64,000 bases of DNA from a virus: IMG/VR virus record IMGVR_UViG_3300049178_000049. The stretch is one strand, 5' to 3'. The notes beneath the pieces are model-generated. The model was not told where the DNA came from, made no database searches, and saw nothing but the letters and a program-made list of their open reading frames with translations. The translations under genes and the position numbers were made by a program. Positions 48,304 through 57,183 of this stretch are shown piece by piece. The first letter of the stretch is position 1, and each line of letters starts with the position of its first letter.

Positions 48304-48759
48304 GTGCCGGCCACCTGCGCTATCTGCCTGCAACCCATCGTTGCTCGCAACGATGTTCGAGTGTTCGGCACCGAGGTGATGCACCGAGCGTGCGCTACAT
48401 CAGGACAGGACACCATCGGACAGAGGCAGTTGCGAGAGATCGCCGAATTACGCAGCGCCCTGATCTCGGCGCGGGAGAGCGAACGACGCCAGCTCGTGGC
48501 GGTCCAACAGGAGCGACGACGCGCGCTGAACTCCGAACGCGCAGCGCGCATGGCGGATGAGCGTGTTGACAACGCTGGCCTTGAGCGGGATGAGGCGGTG
48601 AGCCGACAAGTTCAGGCCGAAGTCGCCCGGGATGCCGCCATTCGGGAGCGGAACGCCGCTCGTGCTGAGGTCGCCAAGCGCACCGCGTCAGAACCCTCCC
48701 ACACGGAAGACCAGCGAGACGCGACGGTCATTCGCATGTCGTTGCTTGACATGGACTGA
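48304..48759 (+). CDS. Zn-finger plus coiled-coil protein
   Basis: CAIC...H..C then heptads. Confidence 0.6.
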   Translation: MPATCAICLQPIVARNDVRVFGTEVMHRACATSGQDTIGQRQLREIAELRSALISARESERRQLVAVQQERRRALNSERAARMADERVDNAGLERDEAVSRQVQAEVARDAAIRERNAARAEVAKRTASEPSHTEDQRDATVIRMSLLDMD

Positions 48760-48830
48760 TTGTGCTACAAACGTAGACGCGTCGTCGCAGTGTCAGGCAA
48801 GCGGAGAATTCGCTCCGCCCCAGAGATTCA

Positions 48831-49100
48831 TTGGCATCGCGACGACGCAACCGAGTTCAGATGCCGTCCAGGCGACGCAACCAGTTAACAGACGCGCTGC
48901 AGGCCAACCGTGACCTGCGCAACCAACTCGAGGGCTTCGAGTTCCCGTTGCAGAAGCGTATCCGCGAGCTTGAGCAAGAGCGCGACGCGGCGGTGGCGCG
49001 GAGCCGTGAACTGGTCGCCGAGAACGAGGTGTACGCCAAGGTGATGCCCGGGCTGGTTACGCTGCTGAACCATCTGCTTGCCAGTGGAAAGATGCGGTAG
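48831..49100 (+). CDS. Coiled-coil hypothetical protein
   Basis: Heptad pattern. Confidence 0.5.
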   Translation: MASRRRNRVQMPSRRRNQLTDALQANRDLRNQLEGFEFPLQKRIRELEQERDAAVARSRELVAENEVYAKVMPGLVTLLNHLLASGKMR

Positions 49101-49607
49101 ATGGCCACCTCCGACTGGTGGTGCTCCCCACCGGAGATCGCGGAGCCTCTCGAGGAGTTCTACGAGGGGCCCGTTGGCATCGACCCGTGCTCGAACGAGC
49201 GGTCGATCGTCCGAGCGGTCGTGGCCTTGACCTCAGGCGGCCTGATCGCGCCTTGGCGCACCAGCAAGCGCACCGGGTACCAGAACGACCCGTACTCCCA
49301 GGCCGATGCCTGGACCGCCAAGATGCTCGCCGAGCTCGCCTGCGGCAATGTGGGTGAGCACATCCGGCTGTCGATGTTCTCGACCTCGGCGAAATGGTGG
49401 GCGGACATGTGCACGAGGCCGAGACGCAACCCGCGCATCCTGGCGCTCAAGCGGATCGCGTTCCTGGACCCATTCGCTGACAAGACAGGACAGAAGCGCA
49501 TGAGTTGCCGGTTCGAGCCGGCGCTGACCTACTTCGGCCCCAGTCCGGAGAGGTTCACCAAGGTGTTTGCGCACCTGACGAGATGGACTACATGGGGGAG
49601 ATCATGA
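49101..49607 (+). CDS. Phage Dam-like adenine methyltransferase with variant NDPY motif
   Basis: W.SPPEI...IDPCS...NDPYS...W; short phage Dam-family layout. Confidence 0.6.
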   Translation: MATSDWWCSPPEIAEPLEEFYEGPVGIDPCSNERSIVRAVVALTSGGLIAPWRTSKRTGYQNDPYSQADAWTAKMLAELACGNVGEHIRLSMFSTSAKWWADMCTRPRRNPRILALKRIAFLDPFADKTGQKRMSCRFEPALTYFGPSPERFTKVFAHLTRWTTWGRS

Positions 49608-49711
49608 GCGACGAGATCCGAGGCATTTATGTCGGCCACGATGAAGAGGGTTGACCAGGAGGAGATTCGGTGCCGCGATGCTCTGGAGGCAGCGCTCGCC
49701 AAGGTGCGCGA

Positions 49712-50026
49712 GTGAAGACCACGATCACGATCCTCGTCGGCACGCGCGAGAATCCAGAACAGATCCGTGTCGCGGCCACGGTCCTCGGCACGTGGGCCTA
49801 CCACAGGTACAAGTACGATGGGTACACGGTCACCCACGTCCCGTCGGGCCTGAGCCTGAATGATCTATGCGCAGACTTGGCGCTGTCCGATGCACAACGC
49901 ATCGCGCGACGTCTGCAGCGCGAGTTCAGCAAGCGGCACTGGCGACACAAGGACATCAGCGCGGTGCCCGATGACGACCGCTGGGCATTCCTCTCGGTTG
50001 TAGCCGAGGAGTTGGTGGGGCCATGA
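49712..50026 (+). CDS. Hypothetical protein
   Basis: GTG start; YTVTHVPSGL. Confidence 0.55.
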   Translation: MKTTITILVGTRENPEQIRVAATVLGTWAYHRYKYDGYTVTHVPSGLSLNDLCADLALSDAQRIARRLQREFSKRHWRHKDISAVPDDDRWAFLSVVAEELVGP

Positions 50027-50874
50027 AGGAGCGCCCCATCTTGTTCACCGGTCCATCCACCCCGATGGTGATGGACGGCACCAAGACCCAGACGCGGCGG
50101 ATCGTGGATCTGGATCGCCTGAGCGTTGACCTACCCGGTGAGGTGCGTTCCGACCTCTGGGACGAGATGCCAGCAAGCGAACGCCGAGTCGGAGCGAAGG
50201 GAAAACACCGCGCCCGTCTCAACCCCCAGGGCGCCGTGTTCGCGATCCTCAAGACCGGCGAGTGGCTCGGCCTGAAACCGGGCGAGTTCAACTTCCGGTG
50301 CCAGTTGGTGGACGGCACCACGCATCTGGCGGACCACGGCAACGGCAAGAAGGTCTGGACTGTTACGCCAGTGGGAGAGCAACGGATCTGGGTACGCGAG
50401 GCGTGGCGCACCGAAGAGTTGGACAATGGGACCGACGGGATCCGCTTCCCAGATAGCGCGTTCGTGCGGATCGAGAACAGTCAGGAAGCAGCGGTTCAGT
50501 GGGTTGTCGCCCACGACAAACATGGCGACCACTGGCGTCCGGGTATCTTCATGCCTCGCTGGGCTTCACGCACCAACCTCATTCCCATCCAGGCCCGGCT
50601 GATGCTGTTGCGCGACATTACGGACGATGACGCGCGGGCCGAAGGGGTGACGTTCACTGATTACGGACGGGACGGATATCAGGAGCAGCGGGCGGGCTGG
50701 CACTATGGACCATCGAAGAATGATGAGCAGTGTCTTCGTAGTCCATGCGACGGATTCGCTAATGCCTGGAACAACATCCATGCAGGTGAGAACTGGAATC
50801 TCAAACCGGGGCCATCGCCCTGGGACCAGAACCCCTGGGTGTGGGCGTACACCTTCAGGAAGGAGGCGACGTGA
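50023..50874 (+). CDS. ASCH-like conserved phage protein
   Basis: MKERPILF...KTQTRR...WVRE...WRPGIFMPRWASR...NPWVW. Confidence 0.75.
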   Translation: MKERPILFTGPSTPMVMDGTKTQTRRIVDLDRLSVDLPGEVRSDLWDEMPASERRVGAKGKHRARLNPQGAVFAILKTGEWLGLKPGEFNFRCQLVDGTTHLADHGNGKKVWTVTPVGEQRIWVREAWRTEELDNGTDGIRFPDSAFVRIENSQEAAVQWVVAHDKHGDHWRPGIFMPRWASRTNLIPIQARLMLLRDITDDDARAEGVTFTDYGRDGYQEQRAGWHYGPSKNDEQCLRSPCDGFANAWNNIHAGENWNLKPGPSPWDQNPWVWAYTFRKEAT

Positions 50875-51111
50875 CCGCAGAAACGTACAAGCTGAGACTT
50901 GATGAACGCCCTCATATCAACGGCCTCCTGCTTGATACTGAGATGGCCCGCGTTGCAGCTGAAGCAAGTGGCGATGCGGATCGCGTCGAGGTATTCCGGG
51001 GACGGGTGGCGGCGCTTCGTAGACTTCTAGCAGCGTTTCCGTTTCCCATGGTTCTATGACGATCCCCGACGGACATCGGATGCACGGTGTTGCCTTCAGG
51101 AAGGTGAACTA

Positions 51112-51393
51112 ATGGCTGGCATAGAGCATGGTCCCGACGGTGAAGATCGACCCACGGTGAGTGCGGAGATCCGCAACATCGTCAAGAACATCATCGACAC
51201 CGCCTTGATGGCCGCCGGAAACCGACCAGCGGATGCCCACATTCTGCTGATCCAGGTCATCGCGGTTGCCTGTCAGGTCCTTGCCAAGAGCGGCAGGGGC
51301 CACACGATCGCGCTGTTCGACGCTACGATCGGTGTCCTACAAAGCACCCGTGACTCGCTCAAGATCGGTGGCGGGGAGCGTGGTCAGGGCTGA
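51112..51393 (+). CDS. Hypothetical protein
   Basis: AAGG RBS. Confidence 0.5.
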   Translation: MAGIEHGPDGEDRPTVSAEIRNIVKNIIDTALMAAGNRPADAHILLIQVIAVACQVLAKSGRGHTIALFDATIGVLQSTRDSLKIGGGERGQG

Positions 51394-51395
51394 TC

Positions 51396-52475
51396 ATGGG
51401 GGACATCGAGTGGACGGACGAGACCTGGAACCCGACCGACGGGTGCAAGGTGTGCTCGCCAGGGTGTGCCAACTGCTACGCGATGCGGTTCGCGGGCAGG
51501 TTCGCCAAGCCGGGCGAGCGCTACCACGGCCTCGTGACCATCGGGAAGAACAGGCGCGCCATCTGGTCAGGGAGAGGTAGGCTTGACGCTGGAAAGTTGG
51601 CCAAGCCACTGCACTGGAAGAGGCCCCGGCGGATCTTCGTGAACTCGATGTCCGACCTCTTCTACGAGGAGTTCACGAACGAGGAGATCGCGGCGGTGTT
51701 CGGCGTGATGGCGGCGTGCCCGCAGCACACGTTTCAGTTCCTGACCAAGCGGGAGATGCGGATGCGCGAGTGGTTCAAGTGGTTGGAGGACAGCATCGAG
51801 GCGGAGGCCATCGAATGGTCCGGTCGCGACTGCGCCATCAGCATCGACGAGGCGCGGCGCGATTGCCTGCTGGAGTATCTCGACGAGACCGCTTGCGCGG
51901 CACTCGCAGGGCACTTCGACTGCTGCCACCTCGGTCTGACCACGAACACGAACCGCGCTTGGCCGCTTGTCAACGTCTGGCCAGGCGTGAGCGTCGAGGA
52001 CCGCAAGCACGGCGTGCCGCGGATCGACGAGCTGCGGCAGGTGCCCGCCGTAGTGCGCATGCTGTCCTGTGAGCCGCTGCTCGAGGACCTCGGCGCGCTT
52101 GATCTGACCGGAATCGGATGGCTGATCGCGGGCTGCGAGAGCGGGCCCAAGGCCAGGCCGGTCGATCCCGACGCATACAGGTCGCTGCGCGAACAATGCG
52201 CAGCGGCACGCGTGCCGTTCTTCTTGAAACAGGCACGCGAAGACGTCGAGCGCTGTACCGAGGGTTGCGGCGAGATCGTGCGCTACACCGCGACCGGTCC
52301 TGGCGACGCACTCGCCGCTTGCGGTTGCACCGTCGAGGGTCCCGAGTCGTGCAACCCGACCGGTATCATGTTCGGAGAGGACTCCAAGCGCAAGGCTGGC
52401 GGCATCATCGGCCTTCCCTACCTCGATGGCGTCCAGCACCGCGCGTTCCCCGACACAAAGGAGATGAGACCATGA
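51396..52475 (+). CDS. DUF5131 (Gp37/Gp68) family protein
   Basis: IEWTD.TWNP..GC...SPGC.NCYA, FVNSMSDLF, LSCEPLL, GCESG. Confidence 0.9.
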   Translation: MGDIEWTDETWNPTDGCKVCSPGCANCYAMRFAGRFAKPGERYHGLVTIGKNRRAIWSGRGRLDAGKLAKPLHWKRPRRIFVNSMSDLFYEEFTNEEIAAVFGVMAACPQHTFQFLTKREMRMREWFKWLEDSIEAEAIEWSGRDCAISIDEARRDCLLEYLDETACAALAGHFDCCHLGLTTNTNRAWPLVNVWPGVSVEDRKHGVPRIDELRQVPAVVRMLSCEPLLEDLGALDLTGIGWLIAGCESGPKARPVDPDAYRSLREQCAAARVPFFLKQAREDVERCTEGCGEIVRYTATGPGDALAACGCTVEGPESCNPTGIMFGEDSKRKAGGIIGLPYLDGVQHRAFPDTKEMRP

Positions 52476-53281
52476 TCCCGACGTTCAGCGTGCAGGCTAC
52501 GGTGTGCCCGAAGTGCAACCACCAGCACGCCGGTCCCGAGATCGGCTTCATCTGTGTTGGTTGTCCGTGTCCAGAGCGTCCAGAACTACAAGGAGATGAC
52601 ATCGTGGAAGAGAGCTCAACGCCCGTGAACAAGCTTGCCGTGATTTCAGTCCCCACCAGAGTACTCGAGGCTGTGGCGAAGTGGGCAGGAACCGACGAGA
52701 CGAGACCCCACCTTCACCAGGTGCTCTTTTCAAAGGGTGTCATGGTCGCTGTCGACGGCCATCGCATGGTGATCGTCCCGTGTGAGACCTTCGGTCTGAC
52801 GGTCGGCGTAGATCGAGAGTACCTGTTGGCGGCGGTCGCCGCTCAACGAGTAATGAAGATCGAGCAACCCCAGGTCATCACCATCGAGCCAACCGAGGAT
52901 CCGATGTTCGTCCGCCTGGGATTGGTGCCGACGAGTCGCGGGAGGAGCAGTGAGCGGGACGCCGCTCGTGCTGAGGTCGCCAAGCGCACCGCGCCGGGGC
53001 TGATCGTCAGGGCAGCCGCGTCCGAGAAATTCCCTCCTTATGAGCAGGTGGTACGCGATTCCGAGAAGAAGACACCCTTCGCTGGTCCAGAGGGATACGG
53101 CTTCAACCTGCGATACATCGACGCCATCGCGGAAGTCGATGCCGCAACGTGCGACGCCGATAACGTCCCGGCACAATCACGAGGCGTTAAAATCATCTCG
53201 TGGAGTTCGGATCGCCTTGGTCCAATGGTGTTCGTGAACGAAGCAGGGGTGAAGTTCCTCATCATGCCGATGCGCATATGA
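52472..53281 (+). CDS. DNA polymerase III beta sliding clamp-like protein
   Basis: DETRPHL..V...VAVDGHRM, FPPYEQV, GFN.RYI; N-terminal Zn-ribbon may be separate (alternative start near 52626). Confidence 0.7.
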   Translation: MIPTFSVQATVCPKCNHQHAGPEIGFICVGCPCPERPELQGDDIVEESSTPVNKLAVISVPTRVLEAVAKWAGTDETRPHLHQVLFSKGVMVAVDGHRMVIVPCETFGLTVGVDREYLLAAVAAQRVMKIEQPQVITIEPTEDPMFVRLGLVPTSRGRSSERDAARAEVAKRTAPGLIVRAAASEKFPPYEQVVRDSEKKTPFAGPEGYGFNLRYIDAIAEVDAATCDADNVPAQSRGVKIISWSSDRLGPMVFVNEAGVKFLIMPMRI

Positions 53282-53667
53282 AGCGGTCTCCGCTCAGGCG
53301 AGCGAAGCCACTTCGTAGAAGAGCGTGGCTGAGGTCGCGAGGCGACACGCGGTACCGGCGCCGGTCGCGCGATCTCTCGTACATGACCTGGATCTGGTGG
53401 CAACCATGCTGCGCGAGTTCGTTCGCCACTACGCCTTGCTACGGCAACGTCGAGGCGGATCATGCAGGTCGCCGCGGGATGGGCCAGAAGGCCGATGATC
53501 GGACCTGCATCCCCTTGTGCCGCAATCACCACCGAGAGCGCGCGGACTTCTCGGGCACCTTCAAGGGATGGACCCAGAGTGGTATGAGGATCTGGCTGAA
53601 CATCATGATCTCGAGCCACCAGACGCGATACGCTGAGCGAGTTTCCACTGGCAAGGAGCGTTCATGA
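53278..53667 (+). CDS. DUF968/HNH-like Zn protein
   Basis: PCC...H...GMG.KADD...IPLCR.HH. Confidence 0.7.
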   Translation: MKRSPLRRAKPLRRRAWLRSRGDTRYRRRSRDLSYMTWIWWQPCCASSFATTPCYGNVEADHAGRRGMGQKADDRTCIPLCRNHHRERADFSGTFKGWTQSGMRIWLNIMISSHQTRYAERVSTGKERS

Positions 53668-53930
53668 GGAGAAACCGCGCGCCAGCCGTGACCATCACCG
53701 ATGAGCAACGGAAGAAGATGGACGACGCCGTTCTGGCCGTGATCCGATCCTATGGGCGCGAGCGCGCTGGCGTGATCATGGCGTCCCCCGTCGTCATGGA
53801 TGTGCTCAAGGAGTTGCCGGAAGACAAGCCTGACTACCGTTACGTGGGTGAAGCGCTGCAACGTCTGAAGACCGCGGGCCGGATCGAGCTCGTTCATGGC
53901 CTATGGCGGACCACCAGTCCGACTTCGTGA
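53664..53930 (+). CDS. Small wHTH-like protein
   Basis: ALQRLKTAGRIELVHGLW. Confidence 0.5.
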   Translation: MRRNRAPAVTITDEQRKKMDDAVLAVIRSYGRERAGVIMASPVVMDVLKELPEDKPDYRYVGEALQRLKTAGRIELVHGLWRTTSPTS

Positions 53931-54001
53931 ATAAGAAATCCCTCTCGGTTCCGAAGTGAGGCTGGTACGCTGCTCCGCATCAACATACGGGGCCCGACGC
54001 C

Positions 54002-56590
54002 ATGCCTGACGCCATCAAGAAATACGTATCGTTCCTGAACGTCCCGGCCGGAACTCAGGCGACGCTTCCTCACGGTCTGGTGATGAACGGCCAGCCGCTG
54101 GCCCCTGATCACCTGGAGTTCAGCGGCAGCGATGCGCCGAACTTCGACTGGGTATCCAGTGACACGGTCAACCTGACCGTGGAGAACAATGGCACGGCCA
54201 ATGGGTCGATGCTGGTCTTGGCGGAGGCGTGGCACCCTATCGAGCGCTCGTTCGGTATCCAGCCGGACGATGGCTCACTGGCGCTGCACCTGACTCCCAG
54301 GCCCTTCATCGTCAAATCCGGGTCGACGTCCGGAGGTGGAGGGCTCACGAGCGTGGCCCACGATGCCACGCTGACCGGCAACGGCACGACACTCAATCCT
54401 CTGGGCAGGTCGGCCCTCACCGGAGACGTTACGGTGGCGGCCACCTCCAACGCCTCCAGCATCTCGAACGGCGTCGTGACCAACGCCAAACTCGCGACGA
54501 TGCCGGGATCCACGCTGAAGGGGAACGACACCGGAGGGGCGACCACACCTGCCGATCTGACTGCGACCCAGGCCAAGGCGCTCCTTGCGATCACCCCAGG
54601 CGATATCACGGGCCTTGCCGCGATCGCGACCTCCGGGTCGGCGGGCGATCTGGTAGCGGGCACCGTGCCGAGTTCCAGAATGCCGGGGCTGACGGGCGAT
54701 GTGAACTCCAGTTCCGGCACGGTCGCCACCACCATCGCCAACAACGTCGTGACCAACGCCAAGCTCGCGCAGATGCCGGCGACGACGCTGAAGGGGAACG
54801 ACACCGGGGGGTCATCCAACCCATCCGACTTGACCGCGACCCAGGCAAAGGGACTCCTTGCGATCACGCCTGGGGACATCACCGGGCTCGCCGCGATCGC
54901 GACGTCGGGATCAGCCACAGATCTGGTTGCGGGCACAGTGCCGAGCGCGCGCATGCCCGCGCTGACCGGGGATGTGACCTCGAGCGCCGGGTCGACCGCG
55001 ACGACCATCGCGAACGGGGTTGTCACCAACGCCAAACTTGCCCAGATGCCGGCCACAACCCTGAAAGGCAACAGCACGGGTGGCTCAGCGAATCCGGCGG
55101 ACCTCACCGCGACCCAGGCCAAGACGCTGCTCGCGATCACCGCTGGCGACGTGTCCGGGCTCGCCGCGATCGCGACGTCCGGATCCGCGAGTGATCTAGT
55201 CGCCGGGACGGTCCCGGCCGCTAGAATGCCCGCGTTGACCGGCGATGTCACCTCCAGCGCTGGCAGTACAGCGACGACCATTGCTAACAACGCGGTGACC
55301 AACGCCAAGCTCGCGCAGATGCCGGCGACGACGCTGAAGGGGAACAGCACCGGCGGCGCTGCGAACGCTGCGGATCTGACCTCGACGCAGGCCAAGGGGT
55401 TACTGGCGATCACGGCGGGTGATGTGTCCGGGCTCGCCGCGATCGCGACCTCGGGATCGGCCAGCGATCTGGTCGCCGGCACGGTTCCGGCCGGGCGGAT
55501 GCCCGCGCTCACAGGAGATGTCACGAGCTCGGCGGGAAGCACAGCGACGACCATCGCCAACAGCGCAGTGACCAACGCCAAGTTGGCCAACATGCCAGCG
55601 ACCACGGTGAAGGCCAACGTAACAGGGGGATCTGCTGCCCCGACGGACACGCTGATCTCGGCACTCTCCGCGCTTATCGGCGTCAAGCTCGGTCTGTTCA
55701 GCGACGGGAGCGATGGCGCAGCCACGATGGATGGATCCACGGCCGTCACTGGATGCACCCTCGCCAGCTCCACCTACACAGCGACACGGGCGCTGTTCTT
55801 CACGGATCTGACCGTCAACAACGGGGTGACCCTCCTGCCAAGTGGCTTCCCAATCTACGTGATGGGTACGCTGACGAACAACGGGGATGTCAACTCGAAC
55901 GGCAATTCGGCCTCGGGCGCCACAGGCGGCGGTGCCACGTGGGTTACGGGCAGCGCGAACGCCTACCTACCTGCTGGCTCAGGAGGATCGAACGCCAGCA
56001 GCGGAATCGGCGGCAATGGCGGGTCATCTCTCAACTGTCCTCGAGAATTCAGTTCGGCCGCCGCCAATGGCGGTGCTGCTGGTGCCGTCGGAACGGCTGG
56101 AGGCGCAGGCCATGGCGGTGGCGGCGGTGGTGGTGGCCCTGTATTAGGCAATGCTGGCGGCAACGGCGGGACGCTCAGCAACCTCAATGCTGGTCTGGGA
56201 GACGCGCACGAACGCGAGGTCGCGATCAGCGGCCACTCGATCGGCACCGCAATGGGCGCTGGAACCGGCGGAGGTGCTGGCGGTGGAGCTGGCTCTGGAA
56301 CCGGCGCGGGTGGGGGAAGTGGCGGCGGCGGTGGCTGGATGGTGATCGTTGCCTACGCCATGGCGGGTTCCGGTACATACCGCGCTAGGGGAGGGAATGG
56401 GGCGGCCGGATCCTCTGGAAACGGAGGCGGTGGAGGCGGTGGGGGTGGTGGGGTGGTTGTCATCTCGACCGGGAGCACCAGTCCTCCTGTCCCAGATGTC
56501 ACCGGCGGTACCGCCGGGGCGGGTTCGGGCACGGCCGCTGCCGGGGGTAAGGGCGGCGACGGGATCGCCATCGTCTTCAAGGGTCCCTGA
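54002..56590 (+). CDS. Spike/fibre-like protein with 4.5 tandem 91-aa repeats and Gly-rich C-terminus
   Basis: Repeats start at 54416, 54689, 54962, 55235, 55508 (273-bp period). Confidence 0.8.
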   Translation: MPDAIKKYVSFLNVPAGTQATLPHGLVMNGQPLAPDHLEFSGSDAPNFDWVSSDTVNLTVENNGTANGSMLVLAEAWHPIERSFGIQPDDGSLALHLTPRPFIVKSGSTSGGGGLTSVAHDATLTGNGTTLNPLGRSALTGDVTVAATSNASSISNGVVTNAKLATMPGSTLKGNDTGGATTPADLTATQAKALLAITPGDITGLAAIATSGSAGDLVAGTVPSSRMPGLTGDVNSSSGTVATTIANNVVTNAKLAQMPATTLKGNDTGGSSNPSDLTATQAKGLLAITPGDITGLAAIATSGSATDLVAGTVPSARMPALTGDVTSSAGSTATTIANGVVTNAKLAQMPATTLKGNSTGGSANPADLTATQAKTLLAITAGDVSGLAAIATSGSASDLVAGTVPAARMPALTGDVTSSAGSTATTIANNAVTNAKLAQMPATTLKGNSTGGAANAADLTSTQAKGLLAITAGDVSGLAAIATSGSASDLVAGTVPAGRMPALTGDVTSSAGSTATTIANSAVTNAKLANMPATTVKANVTGGSAAPTDTLISALSALIGVKLGLFSDGSDGAATMDGSTAVTGCTLASSTYTATRALFFTDLTVNNGVTLLPSGFPIYVMGTLTNNGDVNSNGNSASGATGGGATWVTGSANAYLPAGSGGSNASSGIGGNGGSSLNCPREFSSAAANGGAAGAVGTAGGAGHGGGGGGGGPVLGNAGGNGGTLSNLNAGLGDAHEREVAISGHSIGTAMGAGTGGGAGGGAGSGTGAGGGSGGGGGWMVIVAYAMAGSGTYRARGGNGAAGSSGNGGGGGGGGGGVVVISTGSTSPPVPDVTGGTAGAGSGTAAAGGKGGDGIAIVFKGP

Positions 56591-56640
56591 TCGGGCCTCC
56601 ACCTTGTGGGCCCTGTATTCTGCTGGCATGATGCTCAGCC

Positions 56641-56973
56641 ATGTCGATCAACATCACCTCAGGCAAGGCACGCACCATCCCATTCACCGTAACACTCTCC
56701 AACGGACAGACGGACACCTCGACGCCAGCAAGCGTCGGGTTCGCCCCCGCTGACCCGAACATTGTCGCTCGCATTGACCCAACGAACCCACGCGTGCTCG
56801 GCGTCTACGCCAAGGGGACGGCGGTGGGCAACGGCAATGGCGTTGGTATAAACGTCGGCGTCGGTGGTCGTACTTTCACGCAGGTCGTATTCGGGGTAGC
56901 GCCGACGGTCTCGAGCATCCAGGAAGGCACACCCGGCGACGAGATCGATCCGCCAGACTACCTGCTGACTTAG
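56641..56973 (+). CDS. Small beta-rich (Ig-like) protein
   Basis: Beta composition; follows the spike gene. Confidence 0.55.
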   Translation: MSINITSGKARTIPFTVTLSNGQTDTSTPASVGFAPADPNIVARIDPTNPRVLGVYAKGTAVGNGNGVGINVGVGGRTFTQVVFGVAPTVSSIQEGTPGDEIDPPDYLLT

Positions 56974-57021
56974 ATCCTGGCCTGTACAGTAAGGCAACAG
57001 GCCGAGTTCAAGGAGTTCATA

Positions 57022-57183
57022 ATGGTTCTGTTCGGAATGGTGAGGCCGCCGCATGACCACACGATTGCTGCCGAGCTCGCCCATGAGATGTGCCCGCGTT
57101 GTCGCTGGGATGACCTCGCCTGGAGCATCGGGCTGCTGGCATTCCTGGCGATGTTCGGCCTTACGGTCTGGGCGCTGTCATGA
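57022..57183 (+). CDS. 53-aa membrane protein (not in ORF track)
   Basis: AAGGAG RBS; CPRC then TM helix; ATGA overlap with the next gene. Confidence 0.55.
   Translation: MVLFGMVRPPHDHTIAAELAHEMCPRCRWDDLAWSIGLLAFLAMFGLTVWALS

Larger units (their letters stand above)
630..53655. repeat. Dispersed 15-bp quasi-palindrome CTTTCCACTGGCAAG (either strand)
   Basis: Exact at 6733, 37094, 49077; one mismatch at 630, 26238, 42112, 53641; two mismatches at 20937. Confidence 0.9.

Noticed and set aside
54109-55773. Long antisense or alternate-frame ORFs (also 11518-12912, 39793-40974, 4324-5391, 62283-63458)
   Set aside because: Shadows of real genes in high-GC DNA; no motifs or RBS
54002-56590. Tailed-phage tail fibre implying a Caudoviricetes virion
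   Set aside because: No tape measure, baseplate, tube, portal or terminase genes nearby; a vertex spike fits equally well
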